A stretch of DNA of 50,048 bases from Escherichia phage vB_EcoS_IME347, in the sequence record MH051918; one strand, given 5' to 3'. A program made the translations under genes and the position numbers. The notes under the pieces were generated by a model. The model was given only the letters and a program-made list of their open reading frames with translations. It was not told the DNA's origin and searched no databases. Positions 20,624-30,084 of the stretch are shown here, one piece after another (the stretch's first letter is position 1; each line of letters opens with the position of its first letter).

Positions 20624-23533
20624 ATGGTCGATAAAGTAGCGGGCTTGTCGCTTGATGTTGACGTGTCGCAAGTCGATCGCGCGGTGAAGTCCCTGAATCA
20701 ATTCGCCACGGCGAACGATAAGGCTGCGGACGCAACCCACGAGTTTTTGAACCAGACCGAGATTGCGAAGCAGAAGGCGAAGGCACACGCAAGCGAGCTT
20801 GCGAAACAGTCTCGCGAGTATGCATCAATCCAAAAGGCGATTGACCCGACGATCAGCAAAATGAACCAGCTTCGTGATACAGCGAAGTCCCTTGATTCTC
20901 TGTGGCAAAAGGGATTCATCCCGGACGATGAATTTTTCCGGCTGAGTGCAATCCTTGAGCAGCAGGAAAACGCGCTGAATAAGAATAAGCTTGCACTGAC
21001 TGAAGAGGGCAGGGCGGCGATCGAAGAGGGGAAGGCTAAAGACCGTGCGGCGGCGGCTGGCGACAAGTTCATAAAACAGTTGCAGGAGCAGGCTGCGGCG
21101 GCTGGCAAAACCTCAACGGAAATGCTGGAGCTAAAAGCGGCTCAGTTGGGCGTGTCCCAACAAGCAGCGCCATTCATCGCGCAGCTTAACGCTCAGTCAA
21201 AAGGGATGAAGCTTGCCGGGTTGTCTGCGGGGCAATACTCGCAAGCGATGCGAATGCTTCCGGCTCAGATTACGGACGTGGTGACTTCCCTTGCATCCGG
21301 TATGCCTGTTTGGTTGGTTGCAATCCAGCAGGGCGGGCAGATTAAGGACTCATTCGGCGGGATCGGTAATACGTTCAAGGTTCTGACTTCGTACATTACA
21401 CCGATGCGAATTGCTCTTGCTGGCACGGTTGGAGTTCTGCTCGGACTCGGTAAAGCGGCGTGGGATTCCTACGAGGCGAACAAGGCTCTGTCCGATTCGC
21501 TTATCCTGACTGGTAATTACGCCGGGAAAACTACAGGGGAGATTCGGGAAATGTCTGAGGCGATCGCGGACGGCACTAGCGCTACCGTTTCAACCGTTCG
21601 ACAGATTGCAACCGATTTGGTTAAGTCCGGGAAGTACACTGGCGATCAGATTAAAATCATCACGGCGGCAACTGCTCAGTGGTCTACGGTTACGGGTGAA
21701 TCCGCTGAGGAAGTGACGGGCTATTTCAAGAAGATTGCAGATGATCCGGTTCAAGGTCTTGCGAAGCTTAACGAACAGTTTAACTTCCTTGAAAAAGGTC
21801 AGTTAACCTACATTTCCGGTCTTGAAAAGACTCAAGGGACGACGGCGGCTGTTACTGCGGCGACGAAGCTTTTCGCTGACACGATGGAAACTCGGTTACA
21901 GAAGATTGCGGACTCCGCAACGCCTCTTGAAAAGATGTGGGCGAACATCAAGAAGTGGGCTTCCGACGCTTGGGGTTGGGTTGGAGATCACACTCGTGGC
22001 GCGTTGAACTTGATCATTGACGTTGTAGCCGGGACGGTTGAGCAGGTTCAGCTAATCCTGAACAAAGGCGACATTGTAATCGGTCAATTCATCGTTAGCG
22101 CTACGAAGGCGATGCAGAAAATTCCGGGGATGGGTGATGTTGGCAACGACATTATCAAGAATCAGGAAAAAGTGATTAACGACGCGATCGCCAACAACAA
22201 GGAGCTTGAGAAGTCCATCATTGAGCGTGACAAGCGGATTCGTCAAGGCGAAATGGGTTACATCAACTCCGAAGGGAAGGAAAACTTAGGCAAGAAGTAC
22301 GCCGATGAAACCAAGGAAGCCGTAGAGAAAGAGGCCGAAGCGCTCAAGAAGAAAGGGAAGGCTCAGAAGGTCATTGTAGATCAGGGCGACAAGATCACGG
22401 AGCAGTACAACGCCGATATCATCGCGCTACAGTCTCAGTTGGAAGTCCTGAAAGAGCACAAGACGATTAACGACTCAATTAGCCAGCAGCGCAAGACGCT
22501 ATGGAACGAGCAAGCGAAAGTTAAGGTTCTGGAGGAGGCTGCAACTCAGCGTGTACTGACGAAGGAAGAGAAATCCTATCTCGCCAACAAGGATAAAATC
22601 CTCGCGCTGGCTGAACAGAAAGCAATTCTCGGTGATCAGATTGTTGCTCAGCAGAAGCTTAACGCCCTGCAAGACGAGTCAACAAAGTACGTACTGAAGA
22701 TGGAGGCGCAGTCGAAATCAATTCGCGAAACGTCCGGCCTCGGTGATATCGCTGCGAAGCGACAAAGGGAACTGGATGAACTGAAGGCGTCATGGCAGGG
22801 CAAAGGCGGAAGTGAAGATGATCCGGCATTGCAGAAGATGATTGAAGCCCGGCAGAAAGTCTACGCCGATGAAGATGCGCAGCGTCAAGATTGGCTGGCT
22901 GGAGCGGAGGCGGCGTTTAACAACTACGGCGAAGCGGCAACCAACATGTATGACAATGTTGGTCAGGTTGCAAGCGAGGCGTTAAACGGAATGTCCACGA
23001 TGATGGCAGATTTTCTCATGACCGGGAAGGCCAACTTCGGAGACTTCGCGAAGAGCATTATCAGCATGATCATTAACATGATCACGAAGATGGTTCTGTT
23101 TAACTCAATCGCTGGCCTGATGGGTGGAAATACGTGGAGTTTTGCAGGTGGCATGGGTGGATTCGCTAACGGCGGTTACACTGGCGACGGCGGGAAGTAC
23201 GAACCTAAAGGCGTTGTTCACGGCGGTGAATTCGTATTCACCAAAGAGGCGACGAGCCGGATCGGGGTTGGAAACCTGACTAAGCTGATGCGCGGCTACG
23301 CTAACGGCGGCTCGGTTGGTAATGCCTCTCGCGGCACGGGGTTAACCCTTTCATCTTCATCCGGTCAGGGAACCTACGTCGATGTTAGCGGGATGAAGGT
23401 TGACGTTAATAACGGAAATGACCCTCGCGGCATGGAGCATGGGATCCGAATGATTTTCAACGAAATGATTAACGACGCTTGCTCTCAGGGTGGTAAAGTG
23501 TACAACTATATCAATGAGAAAACGGGAGGTTAA
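20624..23533 (+). CDS. tail tape measure protein, 969 aa
   Basis: Longest helical, Ala/Lys/Gln-rich ORF after the chaperone pair. Hydrophobic segment near the C-terminus, and Gly-rich end. Confidence 0.9.
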   Translation: MVDKVAGLSLDVDVSQVDRAVKSLNQFATANDKAADATHEFLNQTEIAKQKAKAHASELAKQSREYASIQKAIDPTISKMNQLRDTAKSLDSLWQKGFIPDDEFFRLSAILEQQENALNKNKLALTEEGRAAIEEGKAKDRAAAAGDKFIKQLQEQAAAAGKTSTEMLELKAAQLGVSQQAAPFIAQLNAQSKGMKLAGLSAGQYSQAMRMLPAQITDVVTSLASGMPVWLVAIQQGGQIKDSFGGIGNTFKVLTSYITPMRIALAGTVGVLLGLGKAAWDSYEANKALSDSLILTGNYAGKTTGEIREMSEAIADGTSATVSTVRQIATDLVKSGKYTGDQIKIITAATAQWSTVTGESAEEVTGYFKKIADDPVQGLAKLNEQFNFLEKGQLTYISGLEKTQGTTAAVTAATKLFADTMETRLQKIADSATPLEKMWANIKKWASDAWGWVGDHTRGALNLIIDVVAGTVEQVQLILNKGDIVIGQFIVSATKAMQKIPGMGDVGNDIIKNQEKVINDAIANNKELEKSIIERDKRIRQGEMGYINSEGKENLGKKYADETKEAVEKEAEALKKKGKAQKVIVDQGDKITEQYNADIIALQSQLEVLKEHKTINDSISQQRKTLWNEQAKVKVLEEAATQRVLTKEEKSYLANKDKILALAEQKAILGDQIVAQQKLNALQDESTKYVLKMEAQSKSIRETSGLGDIAAKRQRELDELKASWQGKGGSEDDPALQKMIEARQKVYADEDAQRQDWLAGAEAAFNNYGEAATNMYDNVGQVASEALNGMSTMMADFLMTGKANFGDFAKSIISMIINMITKMVLFNSIAGLMGGNTWSFAGGMGGFANGGYTGDGGKYEPKGVVHGGEFVFTKEATSRIGVGNLTKLMRGYANGGSVGNASRGTGLTLSSSSGQGTYVDVSGMKVDVNNGNDPRGMEHGIRMIFNEMINDACSQGGKVYNYINEKTGG

Positions 23534-23536
23534 GTA

Positions 23537-23890
23537 ATGGCAATTGTCGATCGCTTTACGTGGTGTACTCAGGTACAAAGCAACGGCGGCGCAATGACGA
23601 CGGAGAATAACGATCGTGAAGTTGTATTCGGGAACGGCTACCGACAGGTAGCCTCTTCCGGGTTCAATACGGAGCGGAGAATTTTCACCATCGTGTACGT
23701 CGGGGAGGATTGGAAGGACGTGAAAGAGTTTTTGACCGGGCATCGCCTGAAGCCGTTTATCTGGCTCCCTCCAGATGGTGAACTAGGGTTGTTCCTCACT
23801 AAAACCAACACGGTTGCAACCAAGCCGATCGCGCCGGGAGTGCAGGAAGTCACCGCCACTATAACGGAGCAGTTTACATCAATGCAGTAA
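23537..23890 (+). CDS. minor tail protein M-like, 117 aa
   Basis: First gene after the tape measure. Size and sequence pattern match lambda gpM-type proteins. Confidence 0.75.
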   Translation: MAIVDRFTWCTQVQSNGGAMTTENNDREVVFGNGYRQVASSGFNTERRIFTIVYVGEDWKDVKEFLTGHRLKPFIWLPPDGELGLFLTKTNTVATKPIAPGVQEVTATITEQFTSMQ

Positions 23891-23895
23891 CCAAA

Positions 23896-23919
23896 AGCCC
23901 GCCTTGCGCGGGTTTTTTT
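23896..23919 (+). terminator. intrinsic terminator after the M-like gene
   Basis: CCCGC-cttgc-GCGGG followed by T7. The core CCCGCCTTGCGCGGGTTTTTTT is identical to the copy at 26031-26052. Confidence 0.8.
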
Positions 23920-23923
23920 ATAG

Positions 23924-23932
23924 CTGTAGAAT
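23924..23932 (+). promoter_or_regulatory. CTGTAGAAT -10-like nonamer after a terminator
   Basis: Lies 5 nt after the T-run of terminator 23896-23919, upstream of the L-like gene. Confidence 0.4.
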
Positions 23933-23962
23933 AGATGAACATTTATAGAGGAGGTCAGGAAA

Positions 23963-24715
23963 ATGGCTACAGGAAAAGAGAAGTTTGATAACTGTCTGCA
24001 ATCGCTTTATCCCGGCGAGATTATCACGCTGGTAGAAATTGACGGAACGAAATTCGGGGCGCAGGTCTACCGATTCCATGCGGAGAATATCGCATACTCC
24101 CCGGCTGAATTGCTTCAGGCTGCGGAAACTGGAGTTCTCCCTCCGAAGGAAATCACGTTTCAGGGTGAACAGTACGGCGCTCGCCCGTTCGGGATTTCCG
24201 GGATCTCGTTCACCAGTAACGGCAAGGCCGGGAAACCAAAACTCAGCCTGTCTAACCTTGATTCTCAGGTTTCCGCGCTAATCCGATCCTACAACGGCAT
24301 GATGCAAGCGAAGGTTACAATTTGGGTTGCACCAAAAGACCTGATGGACGACGACGGCAATATTGAGGACGGAGCGTTTCGCAAGCTGGTATACTACATC
24401 GAAAGGCCGGACTATGCAGATCGTAACGTCGCCCGATTCGACTTGACCTCTCCATATGATATGGATGGGTTGATGATTCCGCCGCGCACTTCTCAGAGTG
24501 TTTGCTATTGGGCGCAACGTGGTTGGTATCGTTCCGGCAAGGGTTGCTCGTACAACGGGAGTAACTATTTCGATAAGGACAATAACCCGGTTTCCGATCC
24601 GTCATTGGACGTTTGCGCAGGTACTGTCACGGCCTGTAAACTTCGATTCGGACCCGATGCCCCGCTTGATTTTGGTGGCTGCGCGGTTGCTTCACTACAG
24701 AGGAAATATCAATGA
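23963..24715 (+). CDS. minor tail protein L-like, 250 aa
   Basis: Lambda gpL-like N-terminus (LYPGEIITLVEIDG). C-terminal Cys cluster (CYW...C..C.....C) resembles the gpL Fe-S motif. Confidence 0.8.
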   Translation: MATGKEKFDNCLQSLYPGEIITLVEIDGTKFGAQVYRFHAENIAYSPAELLQAAETGVLPPKEITFQGEQYGARPFGISGISFTSNGKAGKPKLSLSNLDSQVSALIRSYNGMMQAKVTIWVAPKDLMDDDGNIEDGAFRKLVYYIERPDYADRNVARFDLTSPYDMDGLMIPPRTSQSVCYWAQRGWYRSGKGCSYNGSNYFDKDNNPVSDPSLDVCAGTVTACKLRFGPDAPLDFGGCAVASLQRKYQ

Positions 24716-25425
24716 TTCAGGCAAAGATTAAGATCGAAATCATGAGACACGCGCGGGATGTTTATCCCGCTGAATGCTGCGGCATTGTCACGCAAAAGAG
24801 CCGGGTTCAGCGTTATCACCGGATCGATAACGTCCACAAGGAGCCGGAGAAGCATTTCGAAATGGATGCACAACAATATGCCGATGCTCTGGAGGCTGGC
24901 GAACTGGTGAGTGTGGTTCACTCCCATACGGGCGATGGAGCTACTACTCTTCCTTCGGCGCATGATACTTGTGTCTGTAACGAAATGGGCGTGATGTGGA
25001 CAATCGTTAGTTTGCCGGAGGGTGATATGAGATTCGTTGAGCCGTCGCAGCTTCCTCTGATTGGTCGCCCTTGGTCGCTCGGTTCGTTCGATTGTTGGGG
25101 GCTTGTCATGTCGTGGCATAAGGAGCATGGGATCGAGCTTAACGATTTCCGCAAGCCTTACGAGTGGTGGAAGCCGGAATTCGGGGAGAATCTTTATCAG
25201 GAAAACTATCTGATCGAGGGATTCGTTCCAACCAATCAGGAGCCGAAGCCGGGAGACATGATTATCATGCAATTGCAGTCTCCAGTTTGGAACCACGCCG
25301 GAATCTACGTCGGAGACAATCAAATTCTACATCACGCATTCGGCAAGTTATCGCGCAACGATATCTATTCTGGATGGTATCGGGATCATACCGTAATGGT
25401 GTGCAGACATAAGGAGCTTAAATAA
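24712..25425 (+). CDS. tail tip protein K-like (MPN/JAB + NlpC/P60), 237 aa
   Basis: AECCGIV...HSH MPN-like N-terminal half and FDCWGLV...H NlpC/P60-like C-terminal half. ATGA overlap with the L-like gene. Confidence 0.8.
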   Translation: MIQAKIKIEIMRHARDVYPAECCGIVTQKSRVQRYHRIDNVHKEPEKHFEMDAQQYADALEAGELVSVVHSHTGDGATTLPSAHDTCVCNEMGVMWTIVSLPEGDMRFVEPSQLPLIGRPWSLGSFDCWGLVMSWHKEHGIELNDFRKPYEWWKPEFGENLYQENYLIEGFVPTNQEPKPGDMIIMQLQSPVWNHAGIYVGDNQILHHAFGKLSRNDIYSGWYRDHTVMVCRHKELK

Positions 25426-26024
25426 TGAGCGAGTTAAAAAAAATCAAGCTGTCCGGCTCTCTCGGGAAACGCTTCGGCGTTTTCCATTACCTTGCGGTTG
25501 ACAGTTACCCGGAAGCTATCCGGGCGCTGTCCTCGCAGGTGGAGGGGTTTAAGGACTACATGCAAAGCGAGGTTGGCTCGCGAATGAAGTACGCTGTATT
25601 TGTGGACGGGAAGAACATTGGACACAATAATGAGAAGGCTTTCCAGTGTGCGGACGAGGTTCGAATCCTCCCGATCCCAACTGGCTCAAAATCTGGTGGG
25701 TTGTTTCAGGTTGTCCTCGGTGCAGCAATTATGGCTACTGCATTCTTTACGGGCGGTGCTTCTCTCGCTGCAATGGGCGCTCTCGCATCCTCCGCTTTTA
25801 TGATGGGCGGCGCGATGGTTCTCGGTGGAGTAATGCAGATGATTTCACCGCAGCAGGGCGGGCAAAACTTCGAGGTTCAGTCGAGCAAAAATAAACCGTC
25901 GTATGCTTTCGGCGGCGCAGTGAATACCACGGCGGCAGGATATCCGATCCCGCTCCCGTATGGTGAAAGAACGTGCGGCGGAGCGACATTCTCCGCAGGT
26001 TCCTACGCTGAAGATATGGCATAA
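25425..26024 (+). CDS. tail assembly protein I-like, 199 aa
   Basis: Lambda gpI-type protein with a Gly/Ala-rich hydrophobic middle. TAATG overlap. Sits before the J-like gene. Confidence 0.75.
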   Translation: MSELKKIKLSGSLGKRFGVFHYLAVDSYPEAIRALSSQVEGFKDYMQSEVGSRMKYAVFVDGKNIGHNNEKAFQCADEVRILPIPTGSKSGGLFQVVLGAAIMATAFFTGGASLAAMGALASSAFMMGGAMVLGGVMQMISPQQGGQNFEVQSSKNKPSYAFGGAVNTTAAGYPIPLPYGERTCGGATFSAGSYAEDMA

Positions 26025-26028
26025 ATAA

Positions 26029-26053
26029 GACCCGCCTTGCGCGGGTTTTTTTT
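26029..26053 (+). terminator. intrinsic terminator after the I-like gene
   Basis: CCCGC-cttgc-GCGGG followed by T8. Confidence 0.8.
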
Positions 26054-26056
26054 CGC

Positions 26057-26065
26057 CTGTATAAT
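26057..26065 (+). promoter_or_regulatory. CTGTATAAT -10-like nonamer after a terminator
   Basis: Lies 4 nt after the T-run of terminator 26029-26053, upstream of the J-like gene. Confidence 0.4.
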
Positions 26066-26079
26066 GGCATCACCGATAA

Positions 26080-26097
26080 ATAGCACAAAAGGTTAAA
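26080..26097 (+). promoter_or_regulatory. box copy in the J-like gene leader
   Basis: ATAGCACAAAAGGTTAAA lies 14 nt after CTGTATAAT (26057-26065) and 4 nt before ATG 26102. Confidence 0.45.
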
Positions 26098-26101
26098 CAT
26101 C

Positions 26102-29100
26102 ATGAATCAAAAAGTGATAAGCGGCTCAAAGGGTGGCGGCGGAAGTCCGCACAAGCCCGTTGAAATGGAAGATAACCTGATCTCCATCAACAAAATCAGA
26201 GTTCTACTCGCTGTGTCTGACGGTGAAGTAGATCCCGATTTCGATATGTCCATGTTGTACTTGGACAACGTTCCAGTGATGAACAAAGACGGAACTTACA
26301 ACTACGAAGGAATCAAGGCGGAGTTCCGCCCCGGCACTCAGACGCAGGATTACATTCAGGGGTTCACCGACAGCGCAAGCGAAGTCACTATGAACCGGGT
26401 AATCAAAACTGACACCCCGTTTAGCATCAACGTTACGAACCGGAACCTTTCGGCAATCCGAATCAAGATGTTCATGGCTCGCGGCGTAAAGGTTGAGAGC
26501 AACGGCGACAAGAACGGCGTTCGCGTTGAATACAAGGTTGAAATGGCTGTGGATGGTGGAGCTTTCGAACCTGCACTCACTGACGTGATTGACGGAAAAA
26601 CAATGTCAGGATATGACCGTAGCCGCCGCATTAATCTGCCCTCGTTCAACTCTCAGGTGATCTTGCGAGTGTCTCGCGTAACGCCGGACTCCGACGATTC
26701 CAACCTGATTGACGAGATCCAGTTGCGCAGCTATGCGGAGGTTATTGACGCGAAGTTTCGTTATCCGCTGACCGGGCTACTGTTCGTTGAGTTCGATTCG
26801 CAGATGTTCCCGAACCAGATCCCGAACATTTCAATCAAAAAGAAATGGAAGGTTGTCAATGTACCGACGAACTACAACCCGGTAACTCGTGATTACTCTG
26901 GCACTTGGGACGGAACGTTTAAAAAGGCGTGGACGAACAACCCGGCTTGGGTTCTGTACGACATTATCACCAACCAACGTTACGGGCTTGACCAACGCGA
27001 GCTTGGGATTGATGTTGATAAGTGGTCGCTTTACGACGCCGGGCGCTATTGTGATCAGATGGTTCCAGACGGAAAGGGCGGAACCGAGCCGCGATATCTA
27101 TGCGACGTGGTTATTCAATCGCAGGTTGAGGCGTTTAAACTGGTGCGCGATATCTGCTCAATCTTCCGGGGTATGAGCTTTTGGAACGGCGAAAGCCTGT
27201 CTATTGTGATCGACAAGCCGCGCGAGCCGTCTTACATCTTCACGAACGAGAACGTTGTGAACGGTAATTTCTCATACGCTTTCGCGAGTGAGAAAAGCAT
27301 GTATACGGTGTGCAATGTCCAGTTTGATGATGAAGAGAACCTTTATCAACAGGACGTGGAGCCTGTTTTCGATACTGATGCGGCTCGCAGATTCGGCAAC
27401 AACCCGACGAGCATTACAGCGATCGGATGTACCCGGCGCAGTGAGGCTAATCGCCGGGGGCGCTGGATTCTCAGAACCAATTTACGAAGCACTACGATCA
27501 GTTTTGCTACCGGATTGGAAGGAATGATTCCGCAGATTGGCGATGTTATCGCGGTGGCGGATAACTCATTCTCAAGCAACCTCACGCTTAACCTTTCTGG
27601 TCGCGTGATGGAAGTTTCGGGATTGCAGGTTTTCACCGCCTTTAAGGTTGACGCTCGCGCAGGTGATTTTATTGTCGTAAATAAGCCGGATGGGAAGCCC
27701 GAGAAGAGGACTATCGCATCGGTATCGCCTGACGGCAAGACTATACAGTTAAACGTCGCATTCAGCTTCTCTGTGGCTCCTAACACTATCTTTGCAATTG
27801 ACCGCACGGACGTAGCGTTACAGCAATTCGTTGTTACGGATATTTCCAAGGGCGACAATGAAGAAGAGTTTGTGTTTAGCATTACTGCGGTTGAGTATGA
27901 CCCGAACAAGTACGACGCGATCGACTACGGAGTAAACGTTGACGAAAGGCCTACAAGCATTGTCGATCCTGACAAGCTTCCTCAGCCGCAAAACGTGCAG
28001 ATTGAGTCCTTCTCTCGTGTGGTTCAGGGCGTAAGCGTTGAAACGATGGTTATCAGTTGGGATAAGGTTCAGTATGCGGCTCAGTACGAAATCCAATGGC
28101 GAAAGGGTAATGGCAACTGGATTAACACGACACCAACGGCGAACAATGAAACGTTTATCGAAGGCATTTACGCCGGGCAATACTTCGTTCGGGTTCGCGC
28201 TGTATCGTCGGCGGGCAATGCTTCAATGTGGTCTGAAGTTGTCAGCGCATCACTGACGGGTAAAGTCGGAGAGCCGGGTTCGCCAATTAACTTCACGGCG
28301 TCCGATGATGTTGTTTTTGGCATTCGCCTGAAATGGGGCATGCCGGAAGGGACTGAAGATACCGCATATATTGAGGTTCAGCAGTCACCAAACAACAGCA
28401 TTGAAAATGCATCACTGCTAACGCTCGTTCCATACCCTCAACATGAGTATTTCCATACTCCACTTGAGGCCGGGAAGATGATCTTCTACCGCATTCGTGC
28501 GATAGACAGGATCGGAAATGTGTCCGGGTGGACTGACCTGATTCCGGGGATTGCCTCAACTGACGTTGAGAGCATTATCGGGGAAATCAAGGTTGATATC
28601 GAAAACTCCGAGGGGTTCAAGTGGTTGCAGGAAAATGCGGTAGATGCAAACTCGAAGATTCACGGGGCGGCTGAAGCGATAATCGAAACCACGCTGGCTA
28701 ACGATCGTGATGTTCGTATTCAGCGCAAGCGGAACGGGAAGTTCACTGCTCAGTTTAAGCAGTCATTCCAGTTAATCGCAGATGAAACGCAAGCAAGAGT
28801 TGAGCAGTATCAGGAGTTACAGGCCGACTTTGACGGAAAGATAACCGCAACTTCAACTCAGCTTAACCAGGCGATCGCTAACGAAAGGGAGGCGAGAACA
28901 ACTCAGGTAAACCAGATTAGCGCAACGTTCGGCGGAAACCTTGACGATCTTAGCGATAGGGTTGATGGTGATATCGGGGATCTTAATGGAAGGGTTGATG
29001 GTGAGGTTCGGGCTCGTCAAGCTGCGATCTCAAACGTAAACCAAGCCATTGCGAACGAAACCGAGGCGCGAGTTCAGGCTATCAATGATTTGAAAGCGCA

Positions 29101-29683
29101 GGTTGGCAGCGACATTCAAGGCCAGCTAACGCAGTTGAATCAGGCGATCGCCAATGAGACTTCGGCGCGAGTTTCGGCTGATACGGCTCTTAGCACAAGG
29201 ATCGGGAATAACACTGCGGCTCTGAACCAGAAACTTGATTCATGGGCTAACGCAACATCGGTTGGCGCTATGTACGGCGTCAAGCTTGGGTTGAGGTATA
29301 ACGGGGTTGACTACTCCGCAGGGTTGGCAATGTCTCTGGTTGGATCTGGTAATACTGTCAAGTCTCAGCTTTTGCTACAGGCCGACAGGTTCGCAGTTTT
29401 CAACGGGGCAAACAACCAATACCGATATCCGTTCGTTGTTGAGGGCGGGCAGGTTATACTCAGCAGCACGGTTATTAAGGACGGTTTCATTACGAACGCG
29501 ATGATCGGGAACGAGATCAAGTCAAACAACTATGTTGCAGGTCAGACAGGATGGAGGATTGATAAGAACGGTAACTTTGAGATTAACGGCAAGACGGGAA
29601 CCGGAAGGTTGACCATCAACAATAACACTGTGAGCGTTTACGACGCGAACAACCGCCTACGCGTTCGCATGGGCTTGTGGTAA
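26102..29683 (+). CDS. tail tip / host-specificity protein J-like, 1193 aa
   Basis: The N-terminus GSKGGGGSPHKPVE...DNL is typical of lambda J. FN3-like middle. C-terminal coiled repeats LNQAIANE-EAR occur three times. Confidence 0.9.
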   Translation: MNQKVISGSKGGGGSPHKPVEMEDNLISINKIRVLLAVSDGEVDPDFDMSMLYLDNVPVMNKDGTYNYEGIKAEFRPGTQTQDYIQGFTDSASEVTMNRVIKTDTPFSINVTNRNLSAIRIKMFMARGVKVESNGDKNGVRVEYKVEMAVDGGAFEPALTDVIDGKTMSGYDRSRRINLPSFNSQVILRVSRVTPDSDDSNLIDEIQLRSYAEVIDAKFRYPLTGLLFVEFDSQMFPNQIPNISIKKKWKVVNVPTNYNPVTRDYSGTWDGTFKKAWTNNPAWVLYDIITNQRYGLDQRELGIDVDKWSLYDAGRYCDQMVPDGKGGTEPRYLCDVVIQSQVEAFKLVRDICSIFRGMSFWNGESLSIVIDKPREPSYIFTNENVVNGNFSYAFASEKSMYTVCNVQFDDEENLYQQDVEPVFDTDAARRFGNNPTSITAIGCTRRSEANRRGRWILRTNLRSTTISFATGLEGMIPQIGDVIAVADNSFSSNLTLNLSGRVMEVSGLQVFTAFKVDARAGDFIVVNKPDGKPEKRTIASVSPDGKTIQLNVAFSFSVAPNTIFAIDRTDVALQQFVVTDISKGDNEEEFVFSITAVEYDPNKYDAIDYGVNVDERPTSIVDPDKLPQPQNVQIESFSRVVQGVSVETMVISWDKVQYAAQYEIQWRKGNGNWINTTPTANNETFIEGIYAGQYFVRVRAVSSAGNASMWSEVVSASLTGKVGEPGSPINFTASDDVVFGIRLKWGMPEGTEDTAYIEVQQSPNNSIENASLLTLVPYPQHEYFHTPLEAGKMIFYRIRAIDRIGNVSGWTDLIPGIASTDVESIIGEIKVDIENSEGFKWLQENAVDANSKIHGAAEAIIETTLANDRDVRIQRKRNGKFTAQFKQSFQLIADETQARVEQYQELQADFDGKITATSTQLNQAIANEREARTTQVNQISATFGGNLDDLSDRVDGDIGDLNGRVDGEVRARQAAISNVNQAIANETEARVQAINDLKAQVGSDIQGQLTQLNQAIANETSARVSADTALSTRIGNNTAALNQKLDSWANATSVGAMYGVKLGLRYNGVDYSAGLAMSLVGSGNTVKSQLLLQADRFAVFNGANNQYRYPFVVEGGQVILSSTVIKDGFITNAMIGNEIKSNNYVAGQTGWRIDKNGNFEINGKTGTGRLTINNNTVSVYDANNRLRVRMGLW
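28862..29170 (+). repeat. three LNQAIANE(R/T)(E/S)AR heptad-like repeats in the J-like C-terminal region
   Basis: DNA copies start near 28862, 29036 and 29135. Two carry the GCGATCGC palindrome. Confidence 0.7.
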
Positions 29684-29684
29684 T

Positions 29685-29712
29685 AAAAAAGGCTCCTTAT
29701 TGGAGCCTTTTC
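29685..29712. terminator. bidirectional terminator between the J-like gene and the leftward genes
   Basis: A6, then GGCTCC-ttatt-GGAGCC, then T4. Confidence 0.75.
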
Positions 29713-29714
29713 TT

Positions 29715-30053
29715 TTACATGATGGTTACTTTGTTGTCGTCTTTCATTTTTCGTGAAGTCTGTGTAGCGATCAGGTCGTCATATCCCATCTTTCCTTTGT
29801 TCCAGTGAAAGACGGTATTGTAGACGCCGGAATCTTTATAGCACATTACATGTACGTTCTTACGCAGGTGCTTGTCGAAAATCACGTTGTCTGATTGGTT
29901 GATCGTCACGGTCTTTTCGGCGCAGTTGATTGTAGCATGAGTCGAACCGTTCAGAGAGAGGCGGCTGGCGTCAACCGGATATCCGATATTTGCATTGAAT
30001 GCCATAGCGTTAAAAGAAGCTGTGAACATGATAGCGGCGATGATTTTTTTCAT
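29715..30053 (-). CDS. secreted/periplasmic protein with signal peptide, 112 aa
   Basis: MKKIIAAIMFTASFNAMA|FN is a type I signal peptide with no lipobox Cys. Has its own early-type cassette 30085-30128. Convergent with the J-like gene. Confidence 0.75.
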   Translation of the reverse strand: MKKIIAAIMFTASFNAMAFNANIGYPVDASRLSLNGSTHATINCAEKTVTINQSDNVIFDKHLRKNVHVMCYKDSGVYNTVFHWNKGKMGYDDLIATQTSRKMKDDNKVTIM

Positions 30054-30084
30054 TGGTGTTTCCTCGTTTCGTTTTGATGAATGC

